Shown: piece by piece, positions 53,453 to 64,000 of the stretch
How positions within the stretch are numbered: position 1 is the stretch's first letter
How the letters are laid out: each line of letters opens with the position of its first letter
Source: Octopus vulgaris
Taxonomy: Eukaryota
Length of the DNA: 64,000 bases
Reading direction: 5' to 3'
Assembly: GCA_951406725.2 (NCBI GenBank)
Contig: OX597814.1
Span: 168,020,001 to 168,084,000, forward strand
Position numbers and translations under genes: made by a program
The notes under the pieces: generated by a model
What the model was told of the DNA's origin: nothing
Database searches by the model: none
Seen by the model: only the letters and a program-made list of their open reading frames with translations

Positions 53453-56400
53453 ATGGATACCACAGCAGAAGACACTAATGGAGAAGAGGTGGGACAATTC
53501 TGTTTTGATATTATATGACTGCCTTGCTTTATTGTGTTAAGTAGGAATAAATTATATGTCTGTTATCAACATCTGTAAAATAAATATTATAATTCTTTGT
53601 TATTTGTTGCAACTGAAATGTATAAACACGTAGTTGTATGTAATGTGTATGTACATGTAATGTTTTAATAATAATAATAAAGTCTGTCAATTTGTTTGTC
53701 TTGCAATGTTAACTGGCGATAGCATTGGATGTAAATACTTATAAGTCATTTTAATTTTATTAATTGAAAATGATACAATCAAAAAATCCCTAATTGTTTA
53801 TGTATTGCTATCGTTTCAGTTAAAGACATACACTTTCATTTAATTGAAAGCTTGTCATACAAATGCTATGTTCTAAACTAGTTTAAGATATTAAAATCAA
53901 GCGTTCGGGTATCTCATCACTTTTTTATAGAGTAGAGTTTGTTTTAAGGAAAAGTTGGTTGCTGTCTCTCATCGGCCCAGAAAGCCCTGTTTTAAAAGCA
54001 AGGGTTTGGCTTTTTGTTTACGCAACAAACAGTTCTGATTGTTTATTAATAATACTGGTACTTTAAAAAAAAACATCTTTCACTTCTGATCCAAGACAAA
54101 ATTGTTACCGTAGCTTGTGTTATCCATTACAACCACCTTCCACATAGCTTTCATTATAAAATGTGAAAAAGAAATAATTGCATATAGAGCAGTGGTTCCT
54201 CACCTGCAAGTACCTGCAAACCCCATGGGGGGTGTGAGAAGGCATTTCAGGATTGTATGACAAATAGGGAGAGTATATACTTTATTAAAATTGCTGTTCA
54301 AAATAAAATTATTTACTAAATCTTCAAAATAACTTTATTTTATTGAACACTCACCGAAATTTAATTATTTTTTAAAAATATGTATATAGAGAAAAATATA
54401 TTTAATTCTTTAGAGATTACGACTGAGCGCTGTGTCCTTGTTCCATTTGCCACGGCATACTTATTGGATTTAGTTCTCGTTTATTAATTAAACAAAACCT
54501 AAGAATTGTTTGATCGGCAAGCAGACTTAGGGGTCGTAAACAGGAAAAAAGTTCCATGTTTTGATTAAAGTCACTAAAGAAATCATTGAATTTAATGTTC
54601 ACTTAATATGGGATTGATGTAGTTAGCAAGATTCTTGACATGAACTCGTGCGTTGGAACAGATTTTGTTGTATCTTATGAGGGTCATTATGTCCATAATA
54701 AACACACGCACTGTTTTTATTTCAATCCTTGTATTATTATTGTTGTTGTTGTTATTATTATATATAGAGAAGAAATAGTGTTAATGAACAATCGTTAACA
54801 ATATATCCAATAATAAAATTATTTTACAGCCACTTTTTTTAAGGTATTAAAATAGGATACAACTAAAACATGATGATCATGGCTAGAGTGCCTTTGATCA
54901 TAGGTCTGCTTGATCTGGAGCTAAACAGCACTTAACATCATTTCAGTTGTTTGTGTCTATGCACACACAACGAAATTAGTCTAGTGTGTTTGTATGTACC
55001 ATTCCTTAGCATCACCACTACCATATAGTATATCCTGCAACAAACACCAATAATAGGCTGTTGTTCAATATTTTCATCTTATCTGCATGAATCCATTTGG
55101 AGAAATATGTCTGGCACTAGTGAACACACTTTTGGTTGTCCTATTTCTCCCGTAGAGGAACTGAGCATCATTTGTATTTTGAGACATAAAAATAGAAAGT
55201 TTGCTGGAATGGATTGTAAACAAAATAGAATTTTGTTTACAATCTTTCCAGCAAACTTTCTAACAATGTTTATTTAAAAAATTTGCTCCTAAGTTTTTCC
55301 CAGAAGAATTGTCATCATCTAGTAGCACCATGTATGTTTCCTTGCTTATCTGTAATTTGATCTACAGCTATGCATCCCGATTCATAGTGGAGCTTGTAAA
55401 CTACAAAATTATAGCTACAATCCTAAGCAGGTTAATGAATTTAATGAATAAAAGATAAAAGAAAAATTTGAAGATCAAGTAGAAATATATGTAGATCAGA
55501 TTTGAGAATGTTAGATGATGGATGTTTGGAATATATAGGCTGATGTACTTCATGCCTCTTTAATTTGTTGCGAAGCTGGAGAAGAAAAAAAGCCTGATGT
55601 TGAATTGATAATGATTTTCATAAAAATAACACTGATGCAACTGAGTACAAAATAAATCTACTGTCTTTAATGAAGCTTTTCTAAAATATATATTTATTCC
55701 ATAGGGCCTTGGAAATTTTGATGTGGTCCCTAATCTTGGAGTTTTAGACCTTACTTCAGAAGATTTCCTCCTGGATGAAGTTGATTGTAAGTCTCTCTCT
55801 ATGTTGTTGTGTATTTACTTTCAAAGATTATTATATCTTTGGATTTTGAAATTTTTGAAATTTTTAATTGATTATTTTCAAAACATATATGTTGATGATG
55901 AACATTGCATTCATTTTTCCCTAGAAATTAATAATAAGGAAGTAAGAAGTTTTTAAAATTATATGATTTTAGCCAATTGAAAGCCTCTATTGCTGACATA
56001 TCTAAAGTTGCAACTGCCACCTTGGAGATGAGCACAAACAGAGATAAGGCAACAAAGATGAAACTCTTATGTGGTTTCTCAACCTGCAAAAAAATAGTAG
56101 CCAAATCTTCCTTAAACTACAAAATAATATCTGAAAAAACAAAAAGGATGACACATTATATAACATAGTTAGGGTTAGACTGTTTCTGAAAATAAGCTGG
56201 AATTGGTTTGAATGCTATTAATCACAGATGTACTTCATCAAAAATTGTATTTTATTTTAGCCATTTATAATTAGAGTACCAATGCATCATAATAGGGACC
56301 TAAATTTATACTGACACTAAATATGATTTTTATATGTAATCATGAACACATTGTATGTATTAAGGACAAACATATTCAGCATATTATATATATTATATAT

Positions 56401-58723
56401 AAAATCATATAAATGATATTTAAAACTCATGCTACTCTTTTCCGTTCTACTTTTTGTATAATTTGTGTCTTTAGTTTTAATGAATTTTTATTCAAATATT
56501 TTAATATTTGTTACTTTCTAGTTCATATACAACAAAATCTGGAAGATGATATTGTGAAAGAAGCTTTGAAAACAGTGAGTAAATATTTTCTGAAATTAAT
56601 TTAAGAATCCTTCCATACAGGCATCTTAGTATCCACTCCTTTGTTTCAGTTATTAATTGTGCATAGGTAAAATTTTTTCTCCTTAAGCAGTATTTTATTT
56701 TTATTTTATAGGGTGTTGATCTCAGACAATATTCCAAGCAAATAGAGAAAGAATTATTAGAGGTTGAAAATGCTTCTATACAGGGATGTATCCTTTTCAT
56801 GATATTGTATGTTTTATTTACATGATTTTCATTCTAAACTGTTTTGTCAATGTTTAAACATAATAATGATGTTTGCTTGGTATAATGATTTGGATATGTT
56901 GGCTGTATATTTTTTGTTACATTTTTACTTCCATTTAGATTAGGCAGTTTGGAAAAAAATTAAACATTTGCTTTAATGGATAAAATAAATTTTTTGGTTC
57001 TACATCTGTTGTATTACCAGACATTTCAGAATGGTACCTGTTGTTAATGAGGTAAACCAAAGCAAGAAGTTATACATGTTCTGGTTAAGTGCCCAATACA
57101 ATGATTGTAGTAAAATTTGATTTCAAGAGCATAGGATTTGTATCTTATCAAAATGTAAACTGTTCCTCTGTCATGAATTGCACTGAAACCTAAATCCCAA
57201 CTCTTTGAGAAGCTGATACATTTATGGTTAGATTTCTTTCTGTTGCCAACTATGGAATGAAAGAAAGAAAGAGGCTGATATTATGGTAATTGGGACACAA
57301 CTTAGTCACTCTATTGACTTAACTAACTATAACTATCTTGAAAAGAGAAAGAAGTGTCTATGTATAGTTAGGTTGACACTGAGATGAAAATCAACATTTA
57401 TATTTGCTTGTGCATTTCAGCAATCTGCCTGTTTCAAAATGCATAAAGCATAAAGTTTTATACTATTTGAAGTATGTAAAATATACTTATCAGACACTGT
57501 TTTATGGTGTAAGTTCTATAATATTTATTATTTTTTGAAATGAAAATAAATATCATGAATTTTATTCTTCATTTAATATTATTGAAGGTATTTATTATTT
57601 TCTGAGAACTTTAGAGTCTTGAATCTGCCAAATGGCAAGTTGAGGTATTTATAATTCTCTAAGGAAATTAGTGAAGTTTGATAGATTAAAATAGTTCTAA
57701 CGATAAATCAAAACCATGTTGCAGAACCAATTTTTTTGTGACATTTGCCCTTAACTGCATTTAAAGATATCAAAGAGAGCCAAAATATTGCCAGTCTTCA
57801 CAAACAGATAGCAGCATGTGATACCATCCTAGAGGTAATTTCTATAATTTCCACACATATTATTGATGTTTATTTCTTCACTCTTTTTATTTCTTGTACT
57901 TTTGCCCACACTGTGTAGTTTTGTGGGGTAATGATAAATTTAGCTGTGGGTGAATGGTACTTCTTTATTCCAACTGATATACTATTCTTCAGTATTCGAC
58001 AACACATGACATCACACTATAAATGCAACTAGTAGATGTTACTTATAGGGCCTGCATTGAGCAAACACATCGTCAGACAATCAAAACAAAAATAAAATCT
58101 GATTGTCTGATGATATGTTTACTCTGTTGGCCCTATAAGTTGCATCAACTAATGGCTTATCTATAGTGTGAGATCTTGTTTTACTAAAACATGTAAAAAT
58201 TGGCATAAAGAAGTGTCACATTCTATCCATGCTCTTTTCTCTTATTTTATATACAACAGGGTGTATAAATGTGCTTTTCACACAGTTATAAGAGTTTGAA
58301 CTCTTATTTCTAGCAATAATTCTGCTTCTAGCACCCACAGTCACAATTAGTGATGACTAAATTTTTCCTATATGGCTTTATATAGTGGTTAGCTGCTGAC
58401 ATTAATTTTTAGTATACACATCGACATTTCGCCAAATCAGCCATAAATTTATATGGTAAATATATATGTTGACAGAGGAATTTAGCTGTTCCATCAAAGC
58501 AATGGAGTCCTAATTACTGGATGAAACTATAGTCCTCTGATGTATCTTTGCTCATGGGACAGTTATCTATCCTATCAGTGTATATAAATCTGCTTTTCGT
58601 GCAGCTATAAGAGTTTTAAGTCTTATTTCTAGCAATAACTGTACTTTTAGCACCCACAGTTACAATTAGTGTTGACTGAATTTTTCCTTTATGGCTTTGT
58701 ATTGTGGCTAGCTACTTACATTA

Positions 58724-58773
<50 letters not shown>

Positions 58774-61700
58774 TCATCATCGTTTAATGTCCGTTCTCCA
58801 TGCTAGCATGGGTTGGACGGTTCGACCGAGGATCTGGGAAGCCAGAAGGCTGCACCAGGCTCCGGTCTTATCTGGCAATGTTTCTACAGCTGGATGCCCT
58901 TCCTAACGCCAACCACTATATATATATAGGCTTGGTGATCAATTATTCCGGCACCAGAGAGAAATAGAAAAGTTCCTGGTGGTAGATGGGTTTTTTGATG
59001 TCTGTTTTCCATATCTGAAAGACTGTTTGATTATTTATATTTACAACACAGAAAAGAGAGAAGACAAAACAGAGAAAAATAATTTCACTGATTTATGAAT
59101 CTTTAACTATTTCAATTGCAGAGGATGGAACAAATGTTAAATGGTTTCCAGGCTGATTTAAGTAGTATCAGTAATGAAATTCAAACATTACAAGAACAGT
59201 CGATTGCCATGAACATCAAACTCAAGAATAGACAGGTTAGTACCAATATTAGATTTCGATTTCCTTTTATTCATTTATAGTTATCAATAAGAACCACAGC
59301 AATCTGAATTCCTTGGGTGCTGATTGGTGAGTCAAAGTTTTGGCAGTTTTGCCCTGTCACCAGTGCAGTTTTGTCCTTCTACCAAACATGTAATGCTGAA
59401 TGACTCAATAACTTATTTGTAAATAGATGTGATGTGTGGCTGCAGTCTGTCACAAGAAGCTGTGCAACACTGGAAACAAGTGTTTCGTTAATTTGAAGTA
59501 TTAAGTAAACATTGTCCAATCAATGAAATGTGCAGTAGATTTGTGTGTTTCTTTCTAAGTGGGGGATGTCTCTCAGACATTTGCTGCTGTATAAGCTGGG
59601 GTAAGATTCTACATATCTTACCTGCCATGAGGAGACACATTACAGAAGTAGGAAACATACTAAATGATCAGCTAATACATTTCCTATTTTGACTTTAGTG
59701 AAACCTGAAGTTAGTAAATTTATTAAAGAATTATTCAAGTATAATGAGTTATATATAATGAGTGTTGGATGTTATAAAGTAAAATATTTACACTTGGTTT
59801 GCAGCCTCATTTTCCATTATAAATCTGAGGCCTTCTATATGTATAATCATTTGATAATGCAATGTTGTAAGGTAGTTTTACTCATATTCATATATTTAGC
59901 ATCATGATCTTCATTTTACATATGCTTTTCTATAATGGTATGGGTTGGATGGGTTATTAGGGTTCAGGTAAGTTATTTTTATCATTGCTTGTTAAGTTTC
60001 ATATTTGGTATGGTTTCTACTGCTGGATGGCCTTCTTATTACCAACTACTTTACTGAGTGAACTGGGTGCATTTTATTATGGCACCAACACTAGAAAGGT
60101 GTCTTACCCAAGCAAAAGTAAAGAATCCTTTCTCTTTACATTGTCTCCATTCATTCATTCATTCATTCATTCCTTTCTTTTCCACACAACTTGGTGTGTA
60201 GAAAGGGGAATTTTTTACTAAATCATTGGTACTGTTGTGCATTACTATCTCTAATCACATAGGTAGCATGCTGTAAGAAAGGAGTTATAGAAGTGATAGG
60301 GTGGGAGTATGATAGAGAAAATGATGGAGAGAGTAATGAAGAAAGGTCATAGTGAAACGAGAGAGAGAGAAAAACATAAGAGGAAGAGGAAGTGATAGGA
60401 ACCTTTCTGATTTTCTGTATGTAAATTTTTCATGCTACCTCAAACAATAATCCATTAAACATAACTTCATTGTTTCAGGCTGTGCGGGGAGAACTGAGTC
60501 AGTTTGTTGACGAAATGGTAATTCCTGAGAGTATGGTGTCGTAAGTAACTTACATATAATACATACGTTTTATCCAAAGGTCAGTGTTTCAATCAAGAGT
60601 TCATGAACTAATCAATCTTCATCACTGTCATAGAATCTCTTGCAAGTAATCAATTCTTATAAGCTGACCGGAGCGTTAGCCATTTTTGTACATCAAAGAA
60701 GAAAAACTGATGTGAAAATAATTAAACTTCTTTAAGGTTCAAATATATTGGGATCTCATAATTTCCTCTTTTAGTGTTGACATACCAAAATGTTAAGGTA
60801 TCCTTTGTCTAACATGGAACACACTATTGTGTATACATAACTGAATTAGGAACCAAGGCCTGGATACAAGAATTCAGTGTAATACTCATCAACATTATCA
60901 TAATTTTCTATCTGCTTTTTCATGCTGGCATGAATTGCATGAGTCACATTGCATTTTACCACTCATTGCAGTCCTTGATACACACAAAAGGTCCCTTTTG
61001 GATATTTTTATCTATAATTATTGTTTTCTTAGATAGGTTACAGAATCCCCATCTTCTCTTTTTGTTCCTTTTCATTTTTTTTGGCTTGGTTTTTACTGCA
61101 GGGTGTCCTTCCTATCGTCTGAACTGGGTGCAGTTTATTCTACCAACAGCATTTGAAAAATTACCCATAGCAAGACTAAAGTGTCTTCTCTTCTCTGCAT
61201 TAATCTTTTTGTTATTCTTGTTCTCTGAGAGGGATTGCATCCACTATGTCTTGCAGAGTCCACAATATCTCTATTTAGTTATTCCTTTCAAGAGATAATT
61301 TGGGACACAGGGCTAAAGCTGAATGTTGTATTGGCTTCCTGGAATATTTTCACTGGCTCATAAAATGATTTGAACTGCAAGTTTACAAAACATTTATTTT
61401 TTATACAATCCTTGTCATAGTATCAATTAAGCACCAGATACACTGACATTTTATTGATTGTTAAATATATTATATTTTATAGTTTATGAATAAGAGTTCT
61501 TAATCTGAAGTTTGACAATTAAAGCAAAGATAATGTTACTGTGTAACTTTGGCCTTGATTGTCTTCCATAACATGTTTATTATAAATATATTCCTCCATA
61601 GGCACAAGTCACACAAGCTGGGAGAGGAGTACATTTGACTGTATCAACTACAGACTTAGACTAGTTCATATATTTTTCCAGCATGCTGTCCTTAGAATAT

Positions 61701-63449
61701 AAATGTATATAATTATGGTGCTATATTAATTCTGTCAGCCATGACTTTCAGTTTTGTATAGAAATAAATGAAAGTATATAGGGAAAATTCAATGAAATAC
61801 TGTTTTATGAGAAATAGTAAATATATAGAAGTGCCAGTGGCACATAAAAAGCTCCTTTCAAGTGTTGGGCTTCACAAAGGCAATAACCAAGACCTATGAC
61901 ATTATCTTGTGCTTGAGAAGAAGACCCATCAAGCCAAGTAAAATCACAGTCATAGCAGTTACCAGTGTCACACAAATGGCACCCATGCCGGTGCTATGTA
62001 AAAGCACCCACTACACTCTTGAAGTGGTTGGCGTTAGGAAGGGCACCCAGCCCTAGAAACCATGCTAAATCAGACTGGAGTCTGGTGCAGCCTTCCAGGT
62101 TGCCAGCCCTGGTCAAACTGTCTAACCTATGCCAGCATGGACAATGGAAGCTAAATGATGATGATGATGATAGAAGTATGATTGGAATCCAGTGTAAATT
62201 ATAGACACCCAAGAGGTTGGATCATAGGTAGGCTGGCAGAGAAGGTGGAGTTCATATGTGATCTTAGAGGATAGTAACTCCAAATAAATAACTGACTCTG
62301 ATCATGACAACTAGCACGGAAAAGAGACATAAAATAATGATGCTGATAAGAAATATAAAGGGTTCTTTTTTATTTGCTGGCATCTGCTGATGATTCACTT
62401 TAATTTATTTTTGTATTTTAGATGTTGTAGGAAGGTGGTTTCTGTAGCTTTGCTTCTGAGTTTATTCACTTTCACTATTCTTACATTCCCCCCCCAATTT
62501 TTTTTAACCTTTCAACATAATTGAAATCTGAATGTAATTTTTCTGTGAACAGACATATCGTGGATACCCCAGTGACTGAGCGAGAATTTATGGAACAACT
62601 GAATGAATTGAATCATAAAATAAATTTTGTCAAGGAACAGTCGTTTAAAGAGGCTCGCTCTTGCCAGGATGTCCGTGATATTCTTGAAAAACTCAAGACT
62701 AAGGTATATTACTAAACTAATCAAAAGTATCTGACATAATTATTCATTTACATGTTGTGAATCATTGTTATCGTTTTAAAACTTGCAAGTTTCTATTTTA
62801 TTAACTATAACATATCTCTTACGTTGATACATTGAAGAAGGATATAGTTGATTGAATCAACGCTAAGAGTTGCTGAAGCATGGAACAAACTGCCGGCACC
62901 AGTTGTTAGTTGTCGGAGCACTGTATCCTTCAAAACTTCCATGCTTCCTGAGATTCACCAACACTACACCTGATTTTCTCCCCTCCATACACACGCAAGC
63001 ATGTATCTGACTCATACACTGTTCACTTTCATTGTTCACTTGTACATTACTGCGTATGCTTTATACGCACTTTTGACAAGTTGTGGTGCACCTGAGCACT
63101 GTATACAATAATTTCATTATTATTAGCAGGTGTTTATTTATTGGGTATCAGAACAAGAAAAGGCAAATTGTGTGATATCATTTGAACTCCAAATACTATA
63201 AGACAGTATTAAATATTATATTAATGGCATTCCCCTGTGTCTGTCTCTGAATCACCTATTTTTAACTGTGACAAAAATAATAACCATTTTTATATTTCTA
63301 CAAGGTTATTGGACTATAACTATGTTGGGGGTAATGTTTTCGAGGTACTCAATTTATCAGGTTGTTTACCGGAGTTATGTCCCTTCCAGAAAATTATTCC
63401 TCCGTCACTTCGAATTTAAATGCAACAATTATGCAGTCTCTCTCTCTCA

Positions 63450-63492
<43 letters not shown>

Positions 63493-63765
63493 AGGCTTCG
63501 TACAATTTCTGTCAACCCAGCTCCATATATACACAAAAGTAATCAACCTACCCGATTATCATATAAGACACTTGTCCAAGATGTCATGCGTTAGGTTCGA
63601 ACCCAGTACTACGTGATTACGAAGCAAATTTCGTAAGTCATCTAAAGTTCTTTTATATTTTTAGGCTTTAAGCAAAATACGGGAATACCTTCTTCAGAAG
63701 ATTTACTCATTTAGGAAACCGATGACCAATTACCAAGTACCTCAAAACACTATGCTTAAATTCAG
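53453..63765 (+). CDS. VPS52: Vacuolar protein sorting 52 (GARP/EARP subunit), 5' part; continues beyond the window
   Basis: Exons 53453-53488, 55705-55786, 56522-56574, 56712-56787, 57767-57834, 59122-59235, 60479-60540, 62553-62703 and 63665-63765 have consistent phases. The translation includes DLTSEDFLLDEVD, HIQQNLEDDIVKEALKTGVDLRQYSKQIE, IASLHKQIAACDTILERMEQML and KIYSFRKPMTNYQVPQ, all VPS52 hallmarks. Confidence 0.94.
56788..57766 (+). other. U12-type (minor spliceosome) GT-AG intron in VPS52
   Basis: The 5' splice site is GTATCCTTT. A branch motif CCCTTAAC at 57748-57755 lies about 12 nt before the AG, with no polypyrimidine tract. The flanking exons join in frame (..SIQG-Y-IKESQN..). 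Confidence 0.88.
62875..63125 (+). mobile_element. 3' end of a CR1/L2-like LINE
   Basis: RVAEAWNKLPAPVVSCRSTVSFK...* followed by a short 3' UTR ending in (ATT)n. Confidence 0.6.
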
Positions 63766-64000
63766 GTCGGTTGCTACCTTTCTGTTGCATTTTTTTTCTT
63801 TATTTTTGGAAGTGTATTTTGTAAGGAATTTGATATTGAGATAAATGTGGAGAATGGCAACGTCATTTGCAAAAAGTGTAGAATGTATAAAAACATCAAT
63901 AAAATAATGTTTGCAATTTTTTTTTAGTCCAAGGTATACTTAGGTAACTTACAAGTATTTAATTAGAAAAAAAAACATTATAAAAAAATCCAATTAATTT

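Overview
AT-rich, microsatellite- and transposon-dense animal DNA; the SINE and RTE-LINE repeat families suggest an octopod cephalopod (inference). Hand splicing recovers four genes. (1) The 3' half of MED24 (+, 11 exons, 5622-22199). (2) A complete 332-aa WD40 gene most like WDR38 (+, 8 exons, 33389-49499). (3) A complete 152-aa RPS18 (-, 5 exons, 49971-53403, with a 5' TOP tract). (4) The 5' part of VPS52 (+, 9 exons from 53453, running off the window). Most ORFs in the supplied track are noise from repeats; the 605-aa ORF is a 5'-truncated RTE retrotransposon. The most notable features are: RPS18 and VPS52 head-to-head with only 49 bp between their start codons (as I recall, the same pair is head-to-head in the human extended MHC class II region), with a palindromic ACCATGGT that offers an in-frame start on both strands; a U12-type minor intron in VPS52; inverted LINE copies bracketing an in-frame 81-nt WDR38 exon; a templated copy of a MED24 exon end inside a repeat; hammerhead-like motifs; and several hairpins. 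I found no clearly new multi-gene system. Family assignments come from recalled sequence similarity, not from database searches.
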